DNA of 63,436 nt, the filler included, from Reticulomyxa filosa (Eukaryota; Protista; Foraminifera): NCBI GenBank assembly GCA_000512085.1. It is 21 parts of 21 records of this genome, joined end to end, with 100 filler letters (N's around TTAATTAATTAA, not from the genome) between each part and the next. Parts side by side here need not be neighbours in the genome. Positions count along the whole stretch, not along the records: positions 1 to 2,310 come from ASPP01047186.1; positions 2,411 to 9,411 come from ASPP01028076.1; positions 9,512 to 10,952 come from ASPP01025578.1; positions 11,053 to 12,777 come from ASPP01028091.1; 17 more parts are not named here. One strand, given 5' to 3'. The position numbers and the translations under genes were made by a program. The notes beneath the pieces are model-generated. The model was not told the origin of the DNA, did not search any database, and saw only the letters and a list, made by a program, of their open reading frames with translations. Each line of letters begins with the position of its first letter. Within the stretch, counting starts at the first letter, position 1. Positions 1-12,777 of this stretch are shown piece after piece.

Positions 1-24
1 TTATGTGTGGTCTATATTTTGCAG

Positions 25-164
25 TGCTTGAAACGATTCAGCAAATGCTCGCAGATCCGACTACAGATTCCCCGGTCGAACCTGCAATTGCTGATGAAAT
101 GATGAAAAATCCAAAGAAATTTCAGGAGAACGCTAAACAATTTACCAAAAAACATGCCAAGTGA
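25..164 (+). CDS. Ubiquitin-conjugating enzyme E2, last exon (5' partial)
   Basis: After the TTTTGCAG acceptor it reads LETIQQMLADPTTDSPVEPAIADEMMKNPKKFQENAKQFTKKHAK*, the typical E2 C-terminal pattern (L..P..DSP.EP.IA.....F...A..FT.K.A). Too short for the ORF track. Confidence 0.85.
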
Positions 165-1149
165 ACACAATGTCAATCATGCGGGAAAAAATAATAGATA
201 GTGTCAAACATTTTGGATGAATCGAAATTTGCGATTTGTTTTTTTACTTTGTTTTGCTTTTTTTACCATTTTCCTTGGGTGGTTTGTTCGTTCTTTAGTG
301 TACTCTTTTTTGTTTTGTTTCTTGTTCTTTTTCTTTCAAACACACAATTTTTAAATGGTTAACCATTTGCTATGTTTGAATACGAGTGAAAACAAAAATT
401 TTAAATGTACATGTTAAACTTTGAGTTTCCGTCGAAAAGGGCTGCATTGATTTCCATCAGACAAAGAATACATGAAAATGAGTCCAATTCTTTTAACAAT
501 AACAAATAATTAATTGGATCAACCACAGTTGGTGGGCTGAGATAAAAACATTAACAAGCCATTTTGATAAGTGTATGTCCTTTTACTGGAACAAAGCGAA
601 ACTATGTTAATAATAAAAGAAATTTTAATTGACAAAAACTAAAATAGATCACATTATATTAAATCTTGTATATCTACATTCGTTTAACATATCTTGTAAT
701 AGTTGGGTATACCTTTTTGTGCAATAATATTTTTCAAAAAAAGAAAGAGTCAAATTTATTAATAGTTTTTTAAATACAATTATGTACGTGATAGCACTCC
801 TTTCGTGTTCATCCACTTGCGGAGCATGGCCTTAAAGAAATTTACAGTTACTTTAAAAGCCAGTCATTTTGATTTTTCTTGAGAAAATAATCAAAGTTAG
901 CACAGTTCTCAGAAAAATCTTTGGTTAAGAAAAATACATTACGAATCAATTTTCTTAAATCCAACGTAACAGTAACTGACCTAAATAATATCATTTCTTA
1001 AAAGGGATTAGTTCCAGGTTTTTTTCTTCTCTTTTATGTGAGTATTTTCCAACAAATTACATCTTATGAAGATGATAAAAAAAAAATTCAGTTTTTTGTG
1101 AAACAAACTTTTTTACGTTTTCAGTGTAATATTTTTGATTATACTTAAA

Positions 1150-1640
1150 AGTATATTTAGTGTACAAGTGGATTGAATCATCAACAGAAATTTTGTAGAA
1201 GAACTTGGTGGGATATTGTAATCCTTTTGTTTATGCTTAAATATTGAATTATAATATCCAATTGTCCATTATTTAATTTTGGTGATATTATCCGGAGTAT
1301 TTTTGTACATGAGTTTTGGGCACTGTCATCACAATCAAATTATTTTTTGGACATGAATACATCATCTAGGTGATCAGTTAATTTCGATGATATTTTTTCG
1401 AGTATTGTTACCTTATAATCTTTATGATTGAGTTTTTCTTTTAAACTGGAAAACAAATTATTCGATTGCGTTTCATTCATGTTCGATGCCATTTCTTGAA
1501 GTACTTTCGCATATGAACAGCGAATATAAGTGTACTTATTATTTAATCACTTTAGTAAAAATTTAAATATGAGATTCATTTGTTGTTCATTCAACTTCGG
1601 TGTTGTTGATTCGAATATTTTCTCATATGAACGGTGGACA
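1150..1640 (-). pseudogene. Decayed HEAT-repeat-like gene fragment
   Basis: Minus-strand pieces such as IRCSYAKVLQEMASNMNETQSNNLFSSLKEKLNHKDYKV and PKLNEQQM resemble helical HEAT-type repeats, broken by stops and frameshifts. Confidence 0.4.
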
Positions 1641-2310
1641 TGATAATTTGTATAGTTAAATCCTTATTAAAGCAGATTATTTAATTGTGTTCAATCAAAT
1701 AATAATTCTTTTTCTGCGAGAGGTTTTTACATATAAAAAACAATTAATGCTGGTCTATTGGTTATTGACAAACTATGATAAAATTTGATTAGAGTTTTTG
1801 TGTTACATTAGAATTTTTTTGAAGAAAACACCATTATGCATAATATCTTCAGATCAGAAAGAAAAAGTTTTATGGTAGTTATTTGATGGATCATTTTTGA
1901 CCCAAATTTTTGTGTAATCTTAAATTTGAATGATAGTCAACCACAGATATTACAAAATCAAATTTTCTTTGTATCAAGTGTGTTTTGCTATTACAAATCT
2001 CTTCATAAACATTTTTTTCCAGATTCTAGTAACACAAGACAAAGAATTATATTATTTTTGTAATTCCAAAAACATTATCTAAAACAATTTTTTTAATTAA
2101 AAAAAGTGTAATATATGTACTTTTTTTTCTGTGCATTGATCACTTATTTATATAATCATTTTTTGAATCAATTTTATTGATTCAATTAAAAATCTCAAAC
2201 ATTAATCGAAGTATAAAAGTTTGTAAATGATATTTTCGACATAAAATATTCTTGTAAGTCAAATGGTTGATAAAATGTATATTGTATTGATTAAAATTTT
2301 GTTTATAGCC

Positions 2311-2410
2311 NNNNNNNNNNNNNNNNNNNNNNNNNNNNNNNNNNNNNNNNNNNNTTAATTAATTAANNNNNNNNNNNNNNNNNNNNNNNNNNNNNNNNNN
2401 NNNNNNNNNN
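2311..2410. other. Artificial contig spacer (44 N + TTAATTAATTAA + 44 N). Identical spacers start at 9412, 10953, 12778, 14631, 18792, 21269, 22479, 27107, 30602, 31770, 38040, 40499, 45215, 49642, 51684, 53767, 59246, 60346 and 62298.
   Basis: Twenty identical 100-nt blocks. The palindromic 12-mer puts stop codons in all six frames. Confidence 0.98.
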
Positions 2411-5400
2411 CCTGACATTTCCGGTTTTGACATTGCAACTTTTTTTTTTTTTGGTATGTGTAGTTTGATAATGATACCTTTTCCTCTCTATCAGTTTCAA
2501 TCTCTATTTCCATCTCTCTGAGTATATGTATAGTTTGAAACAGAAAATAAAAGTGTCAACCTTCAGTTGGAAGGGGATGTTCATTATGGGCAATGGTGAG
2601 TTGGATAGCATTTTCTTCGGGTTTTTTTGAGATGCTCTTGCTTTCGTTTGCCAGCGTGACACGACGATTGTGTAGGAAGACACGCCAGCTGTGGGAGATG
2701 TGTAGACACCACGGGATAAAGCGATAGACAGTGATGGCGACGATGACGAAGCACCAGGAAAAGATGACAATGTCGATAAGCAAGTTAAAAAACTGTGTAA
2801 AGATAGAGTAACGGATGACGTTCATTCTATCGTCGGTCCACTCTTTTGTGTCGTACATCAAAATGATGGTTTTGATGGCGCGATACACGGAGCACAAGCA
2901 AACGAGGAACATGAGCAAAAATACAAAGTCGACAAACACAAATACAAAATTGCGATAAGTGGAATAGCGCAATTGCCAATTGATTGGATCCTTCAGACTG
3001 CTCCACAGATTCTTGTATAGCGAATGTTGTCTCAGATCACGAATCAGCCAAGGGGTACGAATGATGGAGAACAGTGCGATGAAGCCTGTCACAAGTGCGA
3101 GAGCATCAAACACGGCCAAGGGCAAACTGACCAAGCAAGCAATTCTCCATTCCTCGTATTTATCATTTTGGTAGTCTTCTTTGAATGCCGTGAACGATCG
3201 TACAAATGGAACCAATCGTGTGAATGGACAAAGAATGACTGCAAGCAGACCCATCAAAAATGCAATCCAATCCATAAAGCCGGGGATGACATTGGATAAC
3301 AATGCCCATCGCAATGGGGAATCATATCGCAAATTCTCTCGAAACTGTCCAAATCTCTTTTTCTCGCCCTCTTCGCTGGTGTCATTCCACGCCGCCTTTA
3401 TCTCTTTCCACACATGGAAATAACGGCTCCACATGAAAACCAACGGCAATGCACAGAGGATGAACAGCCATTCCAAGCATGCAAACAACAAATTGCTCAG
3501 CATCAACACGCGCAAATCATAATAATCATCTTTTTTATAGGCATCCCAATTCACTCGAATAGCGCGCAGGAACGATGCCAAACGGAAGGGCATTATTACA
3601 ACGGACAATATACCCAACAGCAAGGCGATCAAATCCACGAAGCCAACCAATATGTTTGACAATAACTTGAGACGCAATTTTGTATTGTATTTCAAATCCT
3701 TTTCATAGTCACCGTATTTTTCCTTTTGAGCTGCCTCACTTTGATCACCGAAACTGCGTTTGATTTGATCGATCATGTGATAGTAACGTGTAAACATAAA
3801 CACCAACGGAATTGCACAAACAAAGAATATCCATTCGCAAATGGCGAACCACAAATTCATCACCAAAGCCTTTCGCAAGTTGTCGTAGTCATCTTTTTTA
3901 TAGCTTTCCCAATGCACTGAAATACTTCGAACAAAGGCAACCACTCGCAATGGCATTATCACCACTGCCAATATTCCAAACAACAAAACAAACCAATCCC
4001 CAATTCCTGGAAACAGATTCATCAAAATGCTCCAACGCAATGGAGAGTCGTATCTCAAGTCCTTGCTGTAGGCTCCATACTTGCGCTTTTGAGCCTCTTC
4101 ACTTTGATCTTTTATCGTCTCCTTTATCAAGCTGAAAATGTGATAGTATCGGGATGGTATCAACAATAATGGAATGGCACATAAAATGAACAGCCATTCG
4201 CAAATGGAAAATCCTACATTCACCATCAATGCCTCTCTCAGGTCATTGTATTGATCCTTTTTGTACGCTTCCCAATGCACTTTGAAACTTCGGAACAATG
4301 CCGCTAATCGAAATGGCATTATGACTACGGACATTATTCCACATAATAATGCAACCAAATCAAAAAGACCAGGGAGGAGATTCGATAATACTTCCCAACG
4401 CAGCACGGTGTCATATTTCAAGTCTTTGTAATAATAGCCAAAACGTTTCTTTTGCCCTTCTTCGGTGGTGTCATGAAGCGCTCGTTGAATGCATTTGATG
4501 ACATGGAAATATCGAGTGAACATAAAGAATAAGGGGAGGACCGCAAGAATGAAACAGCATTCGCAAATGGAATACCACAAATTGGTGAGCAATGCAAGAC
4601 GCAAATCATCATATTGATCCTTTTTGTAATTATCCCAATGCACATAAAAACATCGAAAGAAAGCCACCACTCGAAATGGCATTACAATCACAGAGAAAAT
4701 ACCAAATAATAAGATAACATAATCTAAGAGACCTGGAATAATATTTGCTAATAAACCCCAACGCAAAACAACATCATATCTCAATTCAATTGGATAATTT
4801 CCATATCTTTGTTTTTCATTTTCTGGAGTTGGTTTTATTCTTGCTTCTTGTATTCTTTTATACACATGATAATAACGACTGAATAGAATTAATAATGGTA
4901 ATGCAATAATAATAAATATCCATTCCAAAAGAGACAAAAATAAATTGGTAGTCAATGATATTCGTAAGTTAGAATAATTATCATTTTTGTATGCATCCCA
5001 ATGAACACGAATACATCGAATAAATGCTTTAAAACGCAAGGGCATAATCAATATAGACAATATTCCACAAAATAAAACAATCCAATCCAACAATCCAGGA
5101 AATATATCATATAAAATTGCTAAACGCAATTTTGTATCATATCTTAAAGTGACTCCATATTTTCCATATTTTATTTGATCATTATCTTCTTTCATTGCTT
5201 TTTGTATTTTTTTAACAATATGATAATATCGAGTAAACATTAATAATACAGGTATTGCAAGAATTATAAATATCCATTCATAACAAGCATATATCAAATT
5301 CAATAACATGGCCACACGAATAACAACATAATCATCATTTTTATATGATTGCCAATGAATATGAATTGTACGCACAAAGGCAAATAAACGAAAAGGCATA

Positions 5401-8241
5401 ATCACAACAGAGAGTATTCCACATAATAAAATGAACAAATCAAATATACCAAAATATACATTGGTCACAATCACCCAACGTAATTGTTTGTTATATCGCA
5501 AATCAAAGCGATATTTTCCATATTTTTGTTGTTCAATTTCATCATTTCCTTCCATCAAACTTTGTTTAATTTTTACATAAATGTGGAAATATCGACTAAA
5601 TGCAAATACTAATGTAATGGCATGAATAATCACAAGCCACTCACAACACGCAAATATCAGATTCATCACCAAAGCCTCTCTCAAATTACTGTATTTATCA
5701 TTTTTGTAATCGTCCCAATGAACATAAATACTTCGAAAGAAAGCCACCAATCGAAAAGGCATTACAATGATGGATAATATACCACATAGCAAAACGAACC
5801 AATCCAAAAAACCAGGGAATATATTTGACAATATTTCCCAACGCAAAGTAGTGTCATATCTCAAATCTTTCCGGAAACTTCCAAATCTTTTATTTTGACT
5901 TTCCTCATTGGTGTCATTCCAAGCCTCATTCACTTTTTTGAAAATGTGATAATGACGAGAGGGCATAAAGATCAGTGGAATGGCACAAAGAATAAACACC
6001 CATTCGCAAATGGCAAACAACAAATTCCTGAGCATGGCCGAGCGCAAGGCAACATACTGATCCTTTTTGTAATCATCCCAATGGACATAAAAACTTCGAA
6101 AGAAGGCGACTGCTCGAAGCGGCATAACAATCATGGACAAAATCCCACATAACAAAGCGAACCAATCTGCAAGGCCGGGACCAAAATTGGACAAAATGGT
6201 TACGCGCAATTGGCTATTATATCGTAAGTCCAAATTAAAATTTCTGTATTTTAATTGTTCTCCTTTGACACTTGTGTCATTGAGGGCCTCTCTCACTTGT
6301 TCGAAAATATGATAATAGCGACTGATCACAAGCACCAACGGAAAAGCGAAAAGGATGAATAGCCATTCGTAGCATGCACACCACAAATTCATCATCAATG
6401 CCAAGCGCAAGTTGAGATACTTATCGTTTTTGTATGCCTCCCAATGCACACGACATGTGCGAACGACAGCTATTACTCGAAGTGGCATTATCACCATCGA
6501 CAATATACCAAACAATAATGCAATCCAATCTGCAATCCCTGGGAATAGATTTGACAAAATATTCCATCGAATCTTGGAATTGTAGCCCAAATCAACGGCA
6601 ATATTGCCTCGTTCTCTTTCCATGTCTTTGCGTTGCCAATTCTGTTGGATCAATTTGGCAATGTGATAATATCGAGTGAGCATTATCAACAATGGAATTG
6701 CACAAATCACAAATAACCAATCACAAATACCAAACACTAAATTCATCATTAGAGCCTCTCGTAAGACATTATAGTTATCATTTTTATAGCTATCCCAATG
6801 AATGTAAAAACATCGACAAAAGGCCACCAGTCGAAATGGCATAATAACTACAGACAGTATCCCACATAGCAAAACAAACCAATCAAAAATTCCTGGACAC
6901 AGATTTGCCAGCAAATTCAAACGTATGGTCAAGTAGTATTTCAACTCGAGGGGATAAGGGTCAAGTCTTTTGTGTTGGTTCTGTTCGCTATTGTCAGTGA
7001 AGACAGTGTGGAGTAGTTTGTACATATGATAATAGCGAGTGATCATGATCAACAATGGAAGAGCGCAAATGACAAAGAGCCATTCTAAGAAGGCCATTAA
7101 CAAATTAATGAGTAATGCCAGACGCAGGTCCCCATAATTGTCTTCTTTATACGTCTTCCAGTGTTTTCGAAAGGCACGAACAAACCCAAATATACGAATC
7201 GGCATGACCACCACCGATAAAAATCCACAGCATAAAAACACCAAGTCAAACAGTCCAATCCATAGACAGCGTATTCCAACCAACCGATATTTGATATTGT
7301 ATCCCAATTGAGGATCTCCAAGATATTCTGGATTTTTCGATGCTTCTTTCCATTGCTTTTTTTTTTTTTTTGTGTGTATGTACACGTCACGTATAAAACA
7401 CATCTAATGTTAGTGTACGTGTGTAAAGTGAAAGAAACTTGAATAAAGTGGTAAGTGCGAGTGGGCATGAAAAATCCCAAAATGATCTGAGGAATTACAA
7501 AACAATCACCAACTCCCAACATCAAATTTGCAATCCAAAGTCCGCGCAAAGCATGGTAATCATCATTGATATAGTTTTGTGAATTCTTCGCACAAATTCT
7601 TTTTACATTGTTATTTATAATAATTATAAAAAAAAAAAAAAAAAAATTAATTAAATACATTTTGCATTTATACGTATCTATTATACACATATGTGTATGT
7701 ACACATATTCACATAGAAAGTGATAACTTGAAAAAAGCCAACGTTCGCGTTGGAAAGATCAAAGATAGCAAACCCCAGGGGAGGGTAACCAAGTCCAAAA
7801 GGCCTTGACCAATGTTCTTCCACATACCGAATCGCAATTCATACAGGTAAAACAAATCCGAATTTTCACCTTCGTGTGTAAATGCATTGTAATAACATTT
7901 GAAAAAATGAAAGATTCGCGTTGGGATACACAGAGACATTAGTCCTACTGGAATTGTTATTATGTCAAATAGCGACAATCCAAGCTGTCTCACTGCATTT
8001 ACTCGAAATTTTTCCCTGTTTTTTTATTGTCTTTTTTTGATCAGTCATTAATCTTTTTTTTCTTTTTTTTTTTTTGCACTTACATGCTTTCGCATTTGCT
8101 GAGACACTGACATATACCCACAGTTCGCCATATGGCCAAACAGGCCAGAAGCAGAGACGCAAAGCACAAGATATTTAGCGTCCAAATAAAAACAAACTTT
8201 ATCAAACGTCCCAACAAACCCAAAAAACTCTTGGAATTCAT
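2411..8241 (-). CDS. Giant tandem-repeat polytopic membrane protein (>1800 aa, probably 3' partial), uncharacterised
   Basis: Phase-consistent model: exons 8241-8084, 8015-7728, 7598-7439, 7355-2561 and 2438-2411, all GT-AG introns with phases 2,2,0,1. Starts MNSKSFLGLLGRLIKFVFIWTLNILCFASLLLACLAIWRT. About 30 [D/E]-15/16 hydrophobic-R modules. Confidence 0.85.
3290..7260 (-). repeat. Coding tandem repeat, 11 units of 363 nt (121 aa); two units are 354 nt
   Basis: The Met-Pro anchor (GGCAT on +) recurs at 3589, 3952, 4315, 4678, 5041, 5395, 5758, 6121, 6484, 6838 and 7201. Confidence 0.95.
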
Positions 8242-8646
8242 TGGACATGTTTTTTTCTATTTTTTTGGTCGACGCTCGATTTTAAAATAATCACTCCGTA
8301 GAAAAGGATCCCTTCAAAACGTGCAAATTTTTTGGGGTCACTTGTTTCTTTTTCTTTTGCATAATGATAATTCGCACTATTAATACATCAAAGTTCAAAA
8401 CGAAACATTCAACAATGTTTGCAATGACACAACTGGCTTAATTTTTATAACATTTAGAAAAGAGTATCCAAAACATATCATTGAAAGTAGGCCCTTCCTT
8501 GTGGACAAGAGCAGTGACAATGTAGTACAAATGAATATATCGCAGCTTTGTCAAAGAGATGAACATTCCAAAACAAAAAAAACGAAAGCAGTGTTGTTTT
8601 GAACTTTTGAAGCGATTGGTACCACAATTGAAACTTGATATTGATA

Positions 8647-9369
8647 ATGAGATTATTGCTATTGTTAGCATGGGTTCTAGTATTGCTCTTGAATATTGTC
8701 AGCGGCTTTACTGCAAATACGTACTGTAACCTAATATATTTTCAAACGCAATGTTCCAGTTCAATGAACTGTTATATTGAAGCATTGTTTGGAGGGTGTA
8801 TGTTTCAAAAGATCTTTTGCCCACTGTCGAACATGTATGATTGCGAGATATACTGCGGAGATCAAGGATGTCGTTACACGCAAATCCATGGAGGACAGGC
8901 ACGTACGCTGAGATTGTACTGTTACGGAGCGCATAGCTGTGAATCAATGACAGTGTTCGCAAATAAGTCGTCGAATGTGATTATCGAAGTGGTGAACCTG
9001 CATTCCTTCCGCAGCTCTTCGGTGGTGCTGTCCGGCGAGGCATCAACGAACGTCATAGTCACGCCTTATCCAAGCATGCAAGTTAGCGTGCCAGCACTTG
9101 GACAATCGGAATACTTTGCGATGAATAGCATTTACTTTTCGTCGATGAGAAGCGATCCTACGACAGCTGCAGGAGTGATCAACCTGACATGTGCTGCAAA
9201 CGCGTCTACAGGGGCGACTAACCATTGCGCACAGTTGGGGATTAATGTCACACAAAGCAAGCAGTTGTACTTTACATGCAAAGACGCAGGTCAATGCATT
9301 CAGAACACGTTCTGGTGTCCGAACCCTTCTTCCAGTTCCCCTTCAGTTATATTATGTAGTACGCTGAAT

Positions 9370-9406
<37 letters not shown>

Positions 9407-9411
9407 CCCCC
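8647..9411 (+). CDS. Secreted cysteine-rich protein (3' partial), head-to-head with the repeat gene
   Basis: Signal-peptide-like MRLLLLLAWVLVLLLNIVSG followed by regularly spaced Cys (C.I.C....C, L.L.C.G..SC). Runs into an intronic poly-T at the contig end. Confidence 0.75.
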
Positions 9412-10018
9412 NNNNNNNNNNNNNNNNNNNNNNNNNNNNNNNNNNNNNNNNNNNNTTAATTAATTAANNNNNNNNNNNNNNNNNNNNNNNNNNNNNNNNN
9501 NNNNNNNNNNNAAAAAAAAAACGAAACAAATACCTCAAAGTCTATGGGCGTTTCCAGACAGATAAAATTATTCAAAAGGATCAATGAAAAATCTGGTGAA
9601 TCAAATATTGTTATGGAACTTGATGTATTTGATATGTGCGTGGATTGACATACAATGTAACGAGCAAAGGCGCAACTTTGCGAAGCGTGTGCGCGTGATA
9701 AGTCATACGCATACAACACCAACACCAAAATGTGATTTCCCCCACTTCATTTAGTCCATAATACTTTTTCGCATGTCGATTTTATTTGCATGTTTCGACT
9801 TCGACGACGTCCATCAATCACTGTTTGTCATCCAACCCCTTTTGATTCATTGTTGTGATGAACAATTTCTGATAATACTTTTTGCAAATACTGTTTTATT
9901 GTTATTTGTTTATATTTGCTTTTTTTTTTTTTTTGCCATAAATTTTTTTCTCATTTCTATCGTTTGGTCATAGCATCCATTCCAATCGTGTTCGTAAGAC
10001 TCTATGTACAAATATAAG

Positions 10019-10952
10019 CTATCGGTCATGATAGTCATGTTCGGTGGGCACGCATGCGCGCGTAGAACTTGCCGTCAATCCACACACGATCTGCACCTGC
10101 TCGTTGCTGCGATAGCTGCGTGCCAGCGTTAACTTCCACTTGCGTGCATGCACATGCCAGTGTCGATATTGATTAAGCCTAGCGGGCAATGCACATACAA
10201 GAACCTTCCCCGTTGGTGATAAAGCTACATCCAGAGGAGATCCGCTGATGACATCCGTCTGCTCTCGTGTATGTCCGTCCATTGGCCCCTTCGTGTCTCT
10301 TCTCTGCCAAAGCCGCTCGATATCCTGTGTCTTGGTATGAATACATACGATTCTATCGATTCGCGATGCGGAGCACATACTTCCAACTCTTTCAACAAAC
10401 ATCTTCGCTCGCTATACAAATCCAAATTCGGTATCGTCGACATGTTGTTTATAAAGTCGTCTAAAGAAGAAGATGATGATGATGACAAATGATCATCAAA
10501 AGGTCAAAGTTCTGAAATAATGATTTCATCACACTCGATCGCATTTCAAAGATTTTTCCAAAACTCGATTGATCCAATGATAACAATTTTTCATGAGTTT
10601 CACTGTCATTGAGTTATTCGACTATTTTTTTTTAGGTCAAACAAGGTCGGATTTATATACGCATATTACATACATGTATACATATATACATTTATATAAT
10701 CAAGAAAAGTGTAATGAGTTTCAGCGTCCAAAGGAATATGTTTAAGTTGAATGCCAAATTCGTCCAAAACACTTTGTTCCATTTCTTTGCTTGAATGTAA
10801 CATTTGAAGATATAGATTTTCATTTGCATTGGCCTCATTGTTGCATGGCACTTGATTTGAATTCACTTCTTTATCCTCTGAACCTCTTTTGGGTAGCTCC
10901 CGATTCGCTTATCAGATTGCCTTTCACTGCTAATGTCCCTTCTTTTGATTGG
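10019..10952 (-). CDS. Hypothetical multi-exon protein, 3' part
   Basis: Open frame from the contig end to about 10690. A GTATGT..CACAG intron (10380-10325) joins LKELE to DIERLWQ... in frame, ending at the 10019 stop. Middle exon unresolved. Confidence 0.4.
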
Positions 10953-11499
10953 NNNNNNNNNNNNNNNNNNNNNNNNNNNNNNNNNNNNNNNNNNNNTTAA
11001 TTAATTAANNNNNNNNNNNNNNNNNNNNNNNNNNNNNNNNNNNNNNNNNNNNTTATAAAATACAAAATTCATTTGACACAGCACATTCAATTCTTTTAAT
11101 TTAAATACATATGTTATTTCATTGAATGATTGGAAGTATTTTCCTTTTTTTTTACATAAACACAAATGAGCTTAGCAAAGCAGTTGGCTAATGAAGACAG
11201 TAATTTGTTTTGAGAATATATTGAAAATTATCGAAATATTTGTAAATGTTTCCACTTTTCTATGTTCAATCCCTGTTACTTATTTTGTTTCCACAATGAT
11301 ATAATAAGCAAAATGTGAATTGTGCAAAACATTAAATGAACTTTCAAATATCTTAAATCTACATCCTGTTGAGAATAATTTTAATCAATAGGATTTTCTC
11401 CCTCCCCCTCCCAAAAAAAACTACAAGTTTTATAAGATAAATTTGTATTCTTTTTGATGCAATGTCCTCTTTTTCATGTCTTGAAACTACAAGTCCAGA

Positions 11500-12235
11500 A
11501 ACGTCTCACATTTTGTGTTTGCAAGGACTTCAAAGCTCGCATTGCCTTTGAAAGGACGCAATAAATCAGTTGGTGAGGCGACTTTTTGTCAACTGCTCTA
11601 TATTAGTATCTATGGAAAAGCAAGTGGTATAAATGATAGTGATATTGAAATGAAAGAAGGAAATATTAAATGAACTCACTCAAATAACTCAAGACTATTC
11701 TTTCTTTTTTGTTATATTTGTCGTTTTTGTAAAACAAAAGGAACTGAATGATATCGATATATGTAATGACTATTCCAAAAAGGTAGTTAAAATTAATTTT
11801 AAATTAGTAATGTGTTATTATTGATATGTCATAATTTTAAATCATAAATTTTTTTTGTAGATTAATTATATTTTTAAACATAATTATGTTTTTTGCTTTA
11901 ATCATTATAAAAATATCATACTACGACAAATAATCAAAGCATGTATTTAGTCGTTTATGGGAGAACAAATCCAAATATTAAATGATGACATATGTGGAAT
12001 AAAATTTTTATTAGATGGTTCTAAAATTATTTCATATTCAAATGAAAAAACTATTCGAATATGGGACAACAATGATGGTAAAATTGTTGATTTAACTGAA
12101 CCTAGTATGGTAGATTATATTTTAAGAGTAGACACTCAAACTGGTTTATCAATGAAATGAAGTATTTGGAAAAACTCAAAGTGTTTGAAAGATGAACAAA
12201 AAACACTTATAAAACGCCGTTGTAATCATTCATGT
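11500..12235 (+). pseudogene. WD40-repeat pseudogene with GLSMK-SIWKN tail
   Basis: IKFLLDGSKIISYSNEKTIRIWD is a degenerate WD repeat, joined to ILRVDTQTGLSMK*SIWKNSKCLKDEQKTLIKRR with an in-frame stop. Confidence 0.65.
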
Positions 12236-12594
12236 CTTACTTCAGGAAAAAGTGTTGCTTTTGATAATGTACACTGTTACCCTTTAACTTTATCCTATTT
12301 TGAGTGTTCGCTACTATACAAAAAACAATAGCAAATAGACAAAAAATTAATATTGATTTGCAATGAAGAAAACACAATACTTAATATATCTTGCAATTTA
12401 TTTTGATATTTGAATATAATTTTCTTAAAAAACCTTGAAAATAACTTTTTGAATATTTTTACAAAAAGTAAGATAAAACACATCTTTCAATACTTGCATT
12501 CAATCAAATCAAACAAGTTTAATAATAACTTATTTTTCTTTTAGTCAAACTTTTCCAAAAAAAAAATTCATTTATTATTCGACAAAACAGTAAA

Positions 12595-12777
12595 TTATCC
12601 CCAAATACGAACAAGACCTTTGGATGAACCATAACACAAATTCAAATCATATGCAACATTCTTTGTCTTCTCTTTCTTTTTCAATACAATAAATTTAAGA
12701 CAATATATTGCATTATCTTCTTTCTTATCTCCCTTAATCATATACAATTCATTCTTATTTGATCGAATATCCCAAAA
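12595..12777 (-). CDS. WD40-repeat family protein, C-terminus (5' partial)
   Basis: FWDIRSNKNELYMIKGDKKEDNAIYCLKFIVLKKKEKTKNVAYDLNLCYGSSKGLVRIWG*. Paralogous ends occur at about 47062 and 48778. Confidence 0.75.
   Translation of the reverse strand, partial: FWDIRSNKNELYMIKGDKKEDNAIYCLKFIVLKKKEKTKNVAYDLNLCYGSSKGLVRIWG

Noticed and set aside
2980-6679. Plus-strand ORFs inside the giant repeat gene
   Set aside because: Antisense shadows of the long minus-strand exon with no independent coding signal.
8048-8248. ORF MSNEFQEFF as the first exon of the repeat gene
   Set aside because: Wrong phase for the 8083-8016 intron. The frame starting at 8241 splices in phase and encodes a repeat module.
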